64,000 nucleotides of DNA. Origin: Ramazzottius varieornatus. Taxonomy: Eukaryota; Animalia; Tardigrada. Below are positions 24,344 through 36,588 of the stretch, in pieces. Within the stretch, counting starts at the first letter, position 1. Each line of letters starts with the position of its first letter. A program made the position numbers and the translations under genes. The DNA lies in assembly GCA_001949185.1 (NCBI GenBank), contig BDGG01000009.1, positions 423,624-487,623 on the forward strand, written 5' to 3'. Below the pieces are notes generated by a model that saw only the letters and a program-made list of their open reading frames with translations, had not been told where the DNA came from and made no database searches.

Positions 24344-26640
24344 CTACTCACAACGGGGCGGCGACCCCGGACTGCTGACGGGAGAGTAATGGGGAATATC
24401 CCGCCACATTTTCTCCATACTCTCAAGGGGAGTGAGATGACGTCGAGTCAACTCAACATTTGAAAGCTTATCTACGACGACTGGCGTCAAAGGGTTTGGA
24501 TCCAAGTTTGGCGGCATACCTTGCGTCAAGTGGTACAGCTGATGTGGGTACGCCATCGGAGAGTACTGGTTATTATACTGACAGGGTGTCGCCATCGGCT
24601 GGTTGCTGATCTCCATCCCGTAACTCTGAGACGGCTTCTCATATGACTACAAAAGACACAAGTCCTTATTAATTCTTCCCAAATTAAAACATCTGAGAGC
24701 TCAGAGCTCAGCAAAGAAATCGTAAAGATTGTTTTCCCATGTGGCACACCTTCTTGATGTCCCTGGCTGGATGCGTGCGCCACTTGGTTAAACGATCTCG
24801 ACGAGTTTCCCAAGTGGTGCACTTTCTCAAGTGTTGTTCATTGAAAGCGGGCGCCACTTCGATTAACGATCTGGCCGAGGTTGATTGTTTTCCCAAGTGG
24901 CGCACCTGCTCACTGTTCTTAAACGAAGAGTACGCCAGTTGGGAAAACTGGTCCCTCGAGCTACCGTAGAAGGATCACGAAATATGTCTTCCCATACCTT
25001 GTTGTTGGTCTTGCTGGCCCCGTAAGCATATCCACCCTGAAGATCCGAACCTCCGGCCAACATGCCCTGACTTCTCATGTCTGCAAAGAAACCGAGAGAC
25101 TTCAGGTGTCGCTCATTTGCCACCGCGAAGATCAAAGTCACTTACACGGGTCATTACTGAAGGCCGAGACGTTTCCCGCCACATACGCCGCGCTATTCTG
25201 TAGCTTATCTCCGACAGCCAGATCCTGGCCGTAACTGCTCGAGTAGCTGTTACTGAGACCAGTGTTGGTCCCTTTGGAGTAGCCGCCGCTAATGTTGGCA
25301 GCGGGGGTGGTGTACATCTGTGGGTTGTTGCTGTATGGGTGGTAGCCCGGCGTCATGCTGGGTGGTGAGTAGACGTAGTTCTGCCCAGTGAGGCCGTAGC
25401 TCATGCCGTATGGCTGACCGGCCAGTTGTTGTTGGGAAACCTGAGCCGTTCCTTGGACATTCTGCAAGGCTTCGACACCACGACGGACTTGGTCGGGAGT
25501 GGAATACCCGAGGTTGGCGGAAGTATCACGGAGACCGGAAAGGCTGTTCTGGTAACTCTGGTAGTCTTGCAGACTTCCCATCTGCGAAAAAAGAGCAGCT
25601 CATATTATTTTCCGAATACTTTGCGCTTGACTTTGAATCTATTCATTATCTTTTTCGAAATCTTCTCTAACTGCAAACTCAGCAGACTATTTGAGAACTG
25701 GCAAACAATCTCGAGGATATCATTTTTCTAGGTGGCGCAATCTTTCGGCCAATAACACTATAAAGGCGTGTCACTTGGTAAAGCAACCAAGCTCGACAAG
25801 ATTGCTTTTAACAAGTGGCGCACTCCTCCAGCCATAAACGTTGAAACGTGCGCTAGTTGGAAAACGATCTTGTCGAGCTATTTTGCCGAGCTGCCATGTC
25901 TTGAATTAATTTCCCGTTTTAAACTGGGCTTACCGTCGGTGTCTGCAGTCCGCCATATCCAACTGAAGGAGGAAAGGTTGACGTTCCGAAAAGACCTTGA
26001 TTGCCGTTGGGACTTCGTGGAGTCTGATGGATTGTGTTGCCCATTCCACCTCCGCTCAAATTAGCTGTAAAAATGATCACTTGTATCTGCCGGAGTCCCT
26101 CCAACTTACTACGATACCCGAAACTACGAAATACAGCAGGAAGTGATATCTAAAAAGAACATCGCTTTGCGAAAATTCGCCGAACCCTTGCTGGCGGTGT
26201 CCATGAGTTTTCTGGTTATTGTTGAAACCGTTACCCTGCGGACGATTGATGCTGCGTCCGTTACTAAAGGGGTGCAGCTGTCCGCCGTTTATCTGTGGAC
26301 GACGAGAATCGTGGAAGGACTGTTGCTGTTGTTGGAAACCTGAAAGAAGAATCCCTTTGATTTCCACCATACACAAATTCTTGGTGCCAGTGCTGCGACT
26401 TTACCAACCCAAAATATCCGGAAAAGGACCACGGAGAATGGTCAGAAGAGATAACATACCTCGATCCATTGCGGGATGTGGGAGCCGTGCTCGTTGCGCA
26501 TCACCCTGATCGCCACTTCCTCCACCACTGAATGATTCTTCCAACGATATAGCTTTGTCGAAGTTGTTCTGGTTGTTGTTGTTGTTATAGTGGAAGCCGC
26601 TACTAGGCTGATCACTTCCTTGTCCGTACCAAGAAGCCAT
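24344..26640 (-). CDS. Low-complexity Y/G/S/N/Q-rich (prion-like) protein, multi-exon; internal structure partly uncertain
   Basis: Collinear minus-strand coding segments MASWYGQG..., FQQQQQ..., MGSLQDYQSY..., ...SPPRCE* with splice sites; family A elements in introns (~24700-24962 trimer, ~25675-25895 dimer). Confidence 0.65.
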
Positions 26641-27179
26641 CGCAAACGTGATCTGCAGAAATCAGACATTCAACCACCAAGCGTGAATATCCTGCAGAGT
26701 TTTAACGGAAACCATCCAGATAACTGCAGTTATGGAAGCTTACCTCGATGAGTATCGTCTTATCCAAATGACGAAACAGGGTCAGAGTCGTCGATGTATT
26801 CGTGCAGACCCGGAGAATGTGCTCGGTTGAAGATGACGGCGGCCTTTTGAGACTTGAGACTAGGCTTGTGGCGATCTCTTGAGGGAAAAGTTTTAAAGTT
26901 GTGGAAACCGCTCACTGGCTTCCTGTAAGAACTGCTGCACCTCCAATGATTACCTGCGATTCAGAAAAAAATAGAGAGAAATTTTTCCGCGCATTTGGTC
27001 GACTCGAAGGCGGTGTCCTTCGCTGCGCAATCTCGAAACTTCCAGTTGGTGACCAGTTAGCATGTGCATCACGTGGCACGTTGGTCCACTCTCCGTTTCT
27101 TGACTACACCTACCACCTGACCCAAAGATTGACCGATATGCTGTCATACCGCCCACAAAACCCATGACTCACTGCATTA

Positions 27180-27960
27180 TCCAAGCCGAAAGTCGTCGTA
27201 CTGTAGTATCAATATTTCCTCAAAGGACAGGAAGAACAAACCTTCCCCATCGGGCATCAGCTACTCAAGACCTCCAAACAAAGTCCTCGCCAACACAGAC
27301 TCTAGCGTGGCGGACGACTCACCGCCACAACAGAACGGGTCCGCCGGAATGAGAAACCAAATTAAGTACTTTGATTAAGTCTAGGAGGTCGGAAAACCTA
27401 TCGTACAAGATCGTCATATCGAGTGGCGCACGCTCTTAGCTAATAACAATGAAAACGTTCCCCACCTGGGAAAGTAATGGACCTTGTTTGCCCATCTCCG
27501 ACTGGTAGTCCGTTTCTAACGAGCTTTGTCCATGTCGAGGGAAAGGTGGTTAGACAAAGTGGACAGAGACATGTCTCGCTTTGCCAACTTAGTTTCTGGT
27601 CGCGGGCCTGTGATGCCTCGAAATACCCAGATATTACCAATGCTCAAAGACCTCAACAGACGGGAGGATTCGCACAGCCCAAGCAAAGGCATTAGGATGA
27701 AATCTCTTGTTCGGACTGAGCTCCGGGAACCCATCACGATTGAAAAGTCCGATGGAAATGAAGAGCGAAGGCTCCGCGGAAATGGAATGGATTCTCGGCA
27801 GCAGGAATGATTGTGCGATGAGCTGTACAGAAAGAAGATTTGGCTCTTCGAAGACAAAAGCTCGAACTGCAAAAAGCGCGGCTAAAGTTCGAGCAAGACA
27901 AGTGGGAAGTTGATCGAGATGAAAAAATCGATATGGAGTTTCCTTAAGAAAACTCCTCGG
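27180..27960 (+). pseudogene. Degraded partial duplicate of the 19962-21673 gene (last two exons plus intron)
   Basis: High nucleotide similarity to ~20800-21660; frameshifts, in-frame TGA, acceptor CAG changed to CAT at ~27532. Confidence 0.85.
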
Positions 27961-28579
27961 ATCGTACATCGCATTGTCGCTCAACTGTTGCTCTGTCCGT
28001 AACAGCGACTGTCTGCGGACCACGGCTGCCCATTTTCTTTGAACTACGAGGTGAACTTCACAATTCGGGCTGCAGGGCGGACCAGTTTTCCTACCATAAT
28101 TCGGGCGGCGCGAAAAGTTGATACGTTGCTCTCTTTGCTGTATTGATTGATCATCGTGATTGATTATTGTATCGGTTGAATCGGGTTGATACAACTTCAA
28201 GCTTTTTGGCTTAGGCATACGCTCGTACCCCTCTTCCCCTACCACAGATTCCTCGACTTTGTGACATCTTCCCATCCTTAAACCTATCGCGAAAGACAGA
28301 AGAGTGGCTGTTTTATCCCGGAAACCAAAATTAGGCGATTTAGTCATTTGGAGCAGAAACCCGCGAATTATGATGGGAAAATCACTTCGACCGAATTGTG
28401 AAGTTTACGTTACAAGTAGTACCTCGTAACAATCTTGAGTTTCGATATACGGATGCAAAGCACCTCTGACCGTTTATAATATCTGTATAGAAGTCTGCAT
28501 CAAAAATGTGCTGTCAAACAGGTAAAGTGCAGCATCCGACTCGAAAGAAGAATTCGGCAAAAGAAACATCTCTAATTTT

Positions 28580-29862
28580 TCAGTAAGCTTCGATATGTTG
28601 TGTGTCTTCCGGGTAATCTAGCTCCATGAAGCCAGCTGGCAAAGCAGGCAGATTCTCCTCCCTGCGCAAAGCTAGCTGGTAGCAAATTCGTTCTATCTTG
28701 ATCACGCTTTGAAACATGACTTTAAGTTTGTTCATGCCGAAATCTCGACAAGCGCTAAAAGGAATGTTTTGACAATGCAACAAGATAGCTTGAGAAAACT
28801 CACAGAGTTTGAATACTGAGTCTTGCATGGCCGGATTGGAAGCGTGAGTGACCGAGTAGCGCATGAGTTCCCCGGTCAGGTCTCCAATGCCTAGAAGGAA
28901 GTCCTGGGGCGTCAAAGGAACACTGACCGTCGCGTTCTCCAGAGTGAGTCCATCTGCAAGGACGTAATGTCCGATTACGGAGCTAGGATTGTTTCAACTG
29001 AGTTAGCAAATTCAAAATTCGGAGCTCGCCGCTCGGTGAATAAAGCCGAACTAATCGATTTTCCAGGTGGCGCACGCTTCTAGCCGAAATCACACACAGC
29101 GTGCGCCACTTCGGAAAACGATCTGACCAGGTTCATTTCAAACAGCGCACGCTTCCGGCAAAATTACCTTCAACGTGCGCCGCTTGGGAAAACGATTTGA
29201 TTGACTTTGTTGGAACCCATAATTACCTGTGGGAACATCAATGTGCTGGTTGAATTCCATTGGCTCAGTGAACGTAAGACTTTCTTGGACCACTGCGTGG
29301 TCGATCAGGATAGCCTTATCCAGGTAGTGAAACAGAGTCAAAGCTTCGATGTACTCTTGCAAACCGGGGGAGTAAGCTCGGTTGAAGATGTTTACGTCCT
29401 GTGAGACCAAGCTTCTTGCGATTGTCTTCAATGAAGAATTCCGAAGTTGCTGAAATCGCTCTCTAGCTTCTTGAAGCAACTGATATACTTCCAAGGACTC
29501 ATGTGGATGTCCCGCGCATCGAATAAGAAGAAATATGATCCGCTTCTGCAAGCACGACATCAAAGCGTTATGAAGGAACTTCCAGCAGGTCAACCGGAAG
29601 TGAAACGACTTACGGATTCAATAGTGGTATCTCGCGAGTGTTTCACCAAGACCTCGTATAAGTCATTCTTCTCATCGAGCATTACAGCAATTTCCCGGAA
29701 CATGGCCATGGTGGGCGTATCCGGAACCCTTGAGATAGGATCGGCAGCAGCTTCTTTACCGTAGTGCCGTCCTCTGTCACTGCTTGCTCTTGATCCACGA
29801 AAGCCTCCTCGTCCACGAGCACGGTACGGTCGAGACTCAGTCTTCTGATACTTCGTGTCCAT
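28580..29862 (-). CDS. TSNAX: Translin-associated factor X (TRAX); exons 29862-29614, 29545-29227, 28953-28580
   Basis: YEVLVKHSRDTTIESKRIIFLL, YSPGLQEYIEA, DFLLGIGDLTGELMR, SVIKIERICY; family A dimer in intron (~29020-29218). Confidence 0.93.
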
Positions 29863-30425
29863 TCTTCGCTCTCGATGGATATGCAAGCCGAGTCTTGTAG
29901 ACGTATCCCACGTACTTGGCTGTCACAATTACGCGGGAAGAGTGGTGGCCCTGGTGGGGAAGAAGATTCAGAAGAACGAAAATATTAAGTTAAGCTTGAA
30001 TAACTTAAGTTAGAATGCTGACGCTCAATTAACAATCAAATATTCTGACCTCTTGGGCCTTGGCTGAAGGGCAGATTCTGTGACCTCCGGAAGATCTCGG
30101 TGGGAGCCCCGAGGGCGAGCGGAGTTCCCTCAAAACTCGGTGGGTTAGACACGGCCATGAGCGCAAGGCGATGCATGGTTGGAAACTTGGAATCGGCAGG
30201 CTTGTCGTGTGACAAAGTTGGTGGAGATTGGAAATCATCTCGTCGAACCCACGAACAATCCTGGACTTACCACCGCGACAACTGTAAGCATTCCACTTGG
30301 CACTTGTTTGCCTGAGGGACTGGAGTTACTGGACACGATCGGATCAAGAGGTAAGAGAAAACGAAAGTGGCAGTCTGCAAGCGTCTTTCAATCTCTCTTG
30401 TTCTACAGGGTGTTACAGAAACGAG

Positions 30426-32599
30426 ATGGACGAAATGGCAAGTGAAACGGAGCCGTCAGAGCACGAACAGATTGAGCTGGAGCACGATTCCCACTCTCCA
30501 GAAGATGTGGAACCAGCCACCCATGACGTCGTAACGTCCGAACTGGATCCGCTCAAAGAAGAAAAGTTCCAAAAGTTTATCTATGGACAGTAAGTTTAGC
30601 ATGCTGATTACCGGAGGTGCTTTCTCCAGAAGTGACGTCTTGAACACTATGTGTAATACTCTTCTTCCTAGAGTGGTTGAAGTCGAAGAAGGAACAATTG
30701 TGGATGATTATCCTGCGATAAGTGCCGGAGTCAGCCGAACTGTGCCCACCCAAGTAAGTTTGGAATATGCCAGTCTTTGCCGTGACGAACGTGACATTGA
30801 TGAATGATCATCGTAGATACTGGCGACTTTATTGCATCGAGCGTTCTGCGGACATGGCTATAACGTTCTCAGTACAGGTAAGCGAGTACACGCGTCCATG
30901 GTGTTCATATAGGTTCGTTGTGAACGTCGGAAGTCGATGGGATATTAGGACCGAGGACTCAATGGGAGAATCGTGAATTGAGTGTGCTTTTGTGCCTTTC
31001 CAGTGCCGCAGAAAGTTATGCGAAATGCCATGTTTATGGTGGATCTTCGAAAGCTGACTAAAGAAACGGACATCTATTATGATGGCCTGGGAATGTGGGA
31101 CCAGAACTGTGGCAAAATCACGAACTACTTCCGCTTCGTCGGCGGAGAAGCCAAGCAAATCAGTGTAAGACTTTGCCCGTTAGAATATTCCTACAGCAAT
31201 CTGCAGTTTTGATATCGTCTTGAAGCTGTCCATCGTTCTTTTCCATACCGAAGAATTTAGCCTTATGAAACGTCGGCAAATGAATTGAATATGACTGTCT
31301 TTTCAAGTTGCGCACACTTCTAGCCAGTGACAACGGATACGTGCGCCAGTTAGGAAAACAGTTTACCGATTTTGATCGTTTCAAGTAGCGCACACTGCTA
31401 GCTACCAGCAACGAGAGCGTGCGCTAGTGAAGATGACGATTATTCTTTAGTTGATCTACCGTTTATTCAATTGCTTCATGATCTTCTTATGCAGGATGGG
31501 AAAGAAGAACGGCAGGAAGACGTTGTGGCCTTCGTTCGTCGTACTGATCGCAACCTCAACTGCAAAGCCTACAACAGAGTGGTGGTCACCTGCAAGAAGT
31601 ACGGGCTTGCAGTGATCCACTATTTCTTCAAGGGACGGGATGAAGAACCCTTCGAAATAGTGACGATGTCTCAGAAGGGTGCTCGTAGCCATAATGGCCA
31701 TTCGGACACGTCTTCCTCAAACGCTGCCACACCATCTCGTACCGGAACGAAGCGGAAGTACTCTGGGAGCACGAGCACCAAACTTGGCACGCCAGAACCC
31801 GCCACTATGGACCAAATCATGTACTTGGCGAACGGACCTGACCAAAGCCAGGCGGTTCCTGTCAGAGTTACAAGTGAGAAAAAAAATTAATACAAACATA
31901 TTCAGCATAAAAAGACAATGAAAATGAAAATAAAATTCTGAAAGTAATAAGGGCGGAATGGCAGCTCGTCAGCAATCTCTGATAACGTCGTTTTCCCGAG
32001 TGGTGCACGCTTCCGGCCAACAGCAACAGACGCGTGCGCTACTTGGAAAAGCTTGACTGTATCTTGCCTCAAGTGGCGTACGTTTTGGATTGATAATGGC
32101 CGGAAGTGTGCGCCACTTGAGAGAGCGATCTGGCCGAGTTTGTTTGCCGAGCTCGTAAATGACTTATTGCGCACTTTTTATTCCGAAAAAATTTTTTGTA
32201 GCTGTACAGAGTATACAGTCGGTGGGACCTCTGCACAATCCTTCATCCTTCGGACCTTCCCTTCCAGTGGACAACGAGAACGGAGACTCGAGCCCTACTG
32301 CGCTGACGACCTACCTGAAGAGCCATATCGCGCAGATAAGGCAAGATCGGGCTGAGGAGCGGCAACTGCGGAGGGAGGAGCTGGAGCAGCGGAAGAGAGA
32401 ACGAGCCGAGGACCGTGAATGGCAAAGAGAGGAGGCGGAAACGCGGAGACGCGAAAGGATCGAAGAGATAGAACTGCGGAAGCAAGAATTGGCTCTGGAA
32501 AAGACCAAGATCAACCTGGAACAGCAGCGCTGGGAGCTCGATCGCAAGGAGAAAGAACTGTTCCTAGATTTGCTACGGAAGAAATTACTGGATGCATGA
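30426..32599 (+). CDS. Uncharacterised protein, family member 2 (putative CG-1-like domain plus coiled coil); 6 exons
   Basis: Paralogue of 19962-21673; in-frame GT-AG junctions; family A dimers in introns (~31265-31445, ~31960-32154). Confidence 0.75.
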
Positions 32600-33156
32600 T
32601 CTGACAGTCTTAACTTGAACCGATTTCATGGTGCAGGTGTGCTTGTTTTGTTTCTTTCATCTCAGCTGCGTCTTAGCATATTCCATAGTTTCAGCAACTT
32701 CTGTTATTCCGTTCGCGTTAAGCGGATTTTATTTTCCTAGATTGTAGGCTGTTCTTAATTTTCCGGCTTTCTTCGCCAGAACTAATATCAAGCGCAGTTG
32801 ACCGTTAACCGGTGTGACCACCCACATCATAAGTTCGTATGACGAGATACCTCGAAGAACATAGTATGCCTTTAGAAGGGCACCCGCTTGAACGTCTTCT
32901 AGGTCTCGCGGAAGGTTTCCCTCCATGCGCTTTTCGCTTGGAGAGCTCGGTCGATCGGCGAGGTTGGTTAGCCAAAAACGGAATGCATACGCTGTGGGAC
33001 TTCTCCTCTATTGTGTCGCGCCAACCGGAAGTTCATACTGTTATCCTGTGGTGGAAGAACCAGGGTGAAAACGGGGGTAGTGCGATCCTGTCCCTCCGGT
33101 GTATGCTTTGATCTCTAATTTCCTCTTCGCGACAGGAGCGTAAGTTAGTACGCTGC

Positions 33157-33843
33157 TTATGCGAGTGTGTCGACGAGGAGTGGTTTTGGCTCGTCGTTTT
33201 CTTCTTCCTCCGACTCTTCGTCCAGCCTACTCAAGTACATCCGGACATCCGGTGGTCCTTTCCTCACTTTACGAGTCATCGGTTTCATCTCTTCCTCATC
33301 CTCAAGGTTCAAGCACGGCCTTGATGGGCAACTGACCAGCGGCGATATTTCAATCAGGTTCGAGTTCGATAGATCATTGAAGAACTGCGCGTAGACGCAC
33401 CGTAGAGACATCAGCGTCTCCGCCATGGCAAACATAAAGCCGAAGATATACGCAATCATCATGGTTGACTTCAGCACTTGTAGATGGTCTATGCGGTCAT
33501 CAAGGACTTCGGGGAAGAATATGGCGGACCCGACGACGATGCCCGCGCTGTAGAACGTCGTGGTGGAGCCCAGCGCCAGGAAGGAAACGGCCAGTGGGTG
33601 TTGGCTCTTGCCGAAGGCGAAGGTATCCATAGTGGTCAAGACGCCGAGAATACCAGTCGTCATCAGCAGGATACCCATTACCATGCCGGAAGTCCAGATG
33701 TGTTTGAATTCAGGGTAGAAGGCATAGCTGAAGACGTTGAAGATTAGGAGGGTGAAACCGAAGATGAGCGTGCAGATACTCGCCCATTTTATGATGTCCC
33801 GGTAAGTGACAGAACGAGCTTGGGATCTGTGAGATGACAGCAT
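33157..33843 (-). CDS. Four-transmembrane (CD20/MS4A-like topology) protein with acidic C-terminal tail
   Basis: Four hydrophobic helices in a 228-aa ORF; putative 5' UTR intron 33847-34048 carries a family A copy. Confidence 0.7.
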   Translation of the reverse strand: MLSSHRSQARSVTYRDIIKWASICTLIFGFTLLIFNVFSYAFYPEFKHIWTSGMVMGILLMTTGILGVLTTMDTFAFGKSQHPLAVSFLALGSTTTFYSAGIVVGSAIFFPEVLDDRIDHLQVLKSTMMIAYIFGFMFAMAETLMSLRCVYAQFFNDLSNSNLIEISPLVSCPSRPCLNLEDEEEMKPMTRKVRKGPPDVRMYLSRLDEESEEEENDEPKPLLVDTLA

Positions 33844-34441
33844 TGACTAAAACCATACGAAAGACGTGAGGATCGCATTGTTTCCAGCAGTTTTGGTACT
33901 TTGCCTATGATGTATGAGACGTCGGCAAAAATTAACCCAAATCGTTTACCCCAGTGGCGCAAGGTCTCGGCCACAAACACGGGAAGCATGCGCCACTTGA
34001 CAAACGATCTGAGTGAAATCAGGCGCCGACGTCCCGTATGTCGCTTACCGTGTACTCGAACTTCTGATCCTGGTATCCACTCTTCCATTTCATGCAAGTT
34101 CCACAACGCATCTTACAAACGATTTTTGTTTCAGACTGTTATCGGTTTTTTTTCGTTACAGCAACTCGGAAGGGGGTACAGGTTCTACATAGGCGAAAAA
34201 TTTCGTTCTCTTTGAAGAAAAACGATTATGTGGTCAGTTTACTCTCTTCTGTTGGTATGACGACGTAGCCAGTCTGCTTTGAATACAATGCTATTAATTT
34301 TCTCGGATTTGCCAAACTATCTACTACTGCGCCCCTTCGAGTTGGACCCTCAAGGAGTGACTCGTATGCCACTGTATATTTGCCCTGTGTTTCTTCTAGT
34401 TGCAGATGAAGCGAAATCTTGTGCTGATGGACTGCGATCTT

Positions 34442-35063
34442 TTAGATACTTCCATTAAAGCTCCACCCTCGATCGGTCATCATCCCACGTGCCAGCTGGA
34501 ACTAGGAAGAAACATTAACGTGTTGTTCTGCGACAGACATATGTTGGCTGTGCCGAGGTACTTACGGTAGAGAATGTTTGAGTTAGTGGATGGTACACAT
34601 CCGGCATTTCGTGAATCGTTGGAAGGTACCTTCCATAAGTAGCTTGACTGGTTGTTTCGTAGCGAGGGTTCCGGGGCTTCAGTTTATAACCGGACCACAT
34701 CATACCTGGAAGTAGACTTTATGACAAGACCGCTGGATTTTGCGCGTGGATTGATGGTTGATTTCGATCGTACTTGGCTCGTCTTTATGAGGAAGAAACT
34801 CCAGTGTCTTGGTCTCCAAAGTAGGGGGCAGCGTCTGCGATACCTTGTGGCCTTTGACTTGATCGTACAGGTGGTTCTCTTCTGGACTTCTCCTAATCCA
34901 TGTCGGCTATAAGAGTTGCGCGCGGTGATGCTCGTTTTCTTTATGGGCAATCATGAAATGTTTCAAGATGGCAGATATTCACCTGAGGTTTGTAATCTTG
35001 GTAATCGTACTCCTGTACATGCGAGGTGGCGAAAGGTGTGGATGGAGTGCGATAATAGGTCAT
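34442..35063 (-). CDS. PIERCE1/PIERCE2-like (DUF4490) ciliary microtubule inner protein; 4 exons
   Basis: WSGYK...PRYETTSQATYGRYLPTIHEMPDVYHPLTQTFS...LARGMM matches the family motif Y.T....YG...PT.HEMP..(F/Y).P....FS. Confidence 0.8.
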
Positions 35064-35892
35064 CGTGACAGATGAATGAATGTTTGTCCTTGTTCCCAGT
35101 CACATGACTGGGAGCTGCATAGTGCATACCACAGCAACAGAAAGCCCTCAAACGCACTTCCTGCTTAGAGTACGGAAACGACAGCTTTTTCGTTGTTAGT
35201 GGTCCGGGTCGTAGTGTAGAATAAAACTCATTAGCCGTCCCCTTGATGAGACTTCGGGCAGTGCATTGGGTTTGCGATGTCGGAAAATGAATTGAAGAAG
35301 TCCATTGTGTCAAGCGGCGCACGTTTTCATTGTCAAAGTCCAAAGCTGTCCACCACTTGACAAAACCATCGTGCTTAATTCATTTATTGACGTCCCATTT
35401 GACTCTCTCGTTGAAACGAAATACCAGATTCGATGAGGACATTTCTAAGTACTTTGTGTCTCCATAGTCGGTCGACAACTGAGGGATGTTGTCTGTGTGC
35501 GGGTATAGTGATTGGAGCAGACCGCATCTTTTTTCCCTGTTTTGAATTCTGGTTGAATTTAGGTTGATTGATCTCGGACATACTACGGTTCAGGAACGCA
35601 AGATATGCAATCCCAGCTTTCTATATCAGCACTCTTGTTTGGATGCGGAAGACCAACTTTCATATTTAAAACTCGTTTTGAGATTACTAAAAAAATTTAG
35701 TGTTTGCGCGAGTTTTAGTGTCGAGACGTTGAGGTTTTTGATCAACATTCCGGATGCCCTTGTCAAGCAAGAGATATCCGGTCAGTTCATGAAAATCGGT
35801 GGAGCTATATATATGTCGTGAAACTCACTCGAGGAAATAGACGGCATGTTTACAAAAATTTGCTGTTTACAACTCCTTTTGGAATATCGAGT

Positions 35893-36588
35893 TTAGTCAT
35901 CAATGGATACAGCTCTAAGCATCCCTGCATTGGCAGTAGCGTTCGGTATTGATAGCGCTGTAACTTGCGGTGATTCCAGCGAATCGACCTCGTGTATTTC
36001 ATGTTGCTTCAAAGCGTACTTTGGTTCTCCGGCGAAAATGAACTTTCCTGTCAGCCTCTGGCCATGGATGACACGGTCATACCACAGTGCATCATCCACA
36101 GGCATCTGGTCAAATGGAATCTTGTCCAAGTCGAACCATTCACACATCCACAAGTCCGGCGAACCGACATATCCGTTGGCGCCTCGCGTCTTTCCAACTC
36201 CATCATTGTTAATATGCGCCACACGTGGCGCTGAACCTGTCAGCTCAGAATTTGCAGGCATCTCGTGGACAAAAATATACTCCGTATTGGGGACAGGTAC
36301 GTCAAACTGGAAGACGGCCATCAGATTCAGCTGGTCAGCTGCCCAGTCTGCGCCACTCAGGTATTCGGCCTCGGAGGAGGTGGCCAGTCTGATCACAGCA
36401 TGGCGCAGGTCGTTGCCGTCGTGTTCAGCTCGGAACTCTCCCCACAGACCTGTGTAGCGCTGCATGAAATCTCCAGTCAGCCATTTGCACAGGAGAATTT
36501 TGCCTGTAGGGTAATCGACGCACGAACGGACGATGGTCAACAGCTGAACGAACCTCTTGCCTGCTTCGCTTTCGGGAAGCATATCCAT
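35893..36588 (-). CDS. MTH1/NUDT1-like protein with degenerate Nudix box, intronless
   Basis: C-terminal EWFDLDKIPFDQMPVDDALWY...GKFIFAG...EIHEVDSL resembles MTH1; Nudix helix reads AVIRLATSSEA instead of ARRELQEESG. Confidence 0.8.
   Translation of the reverse strand: MDMLPESEAGKRFVQLLTIVRSCVDYPTGKILLCKWLTGDFMQRYTGLWGEFRAEHDGNDLRHAVIRLATSSEAEYLSGADWAADQLNLMAVFQFDVPVPNTEYIFVHEMPANSELTGSAPRVAHINNDGVGKTRGANGYVGSPDLWMCEWFDLDKIPFDQMPVDDALWYDRVIHGQRLTGKFIFAGEPKYALKQHEIHEVDSLESPQVTALSIPNATANAGMLRAVSIDD

Noticed and set aside
36204-36231. GCGCCAC/GTGGCGC match inside the NUDT1-like CDS
   Set aside because: Wrong arrangement, no arms or 25-nt spacer; probably coincidental
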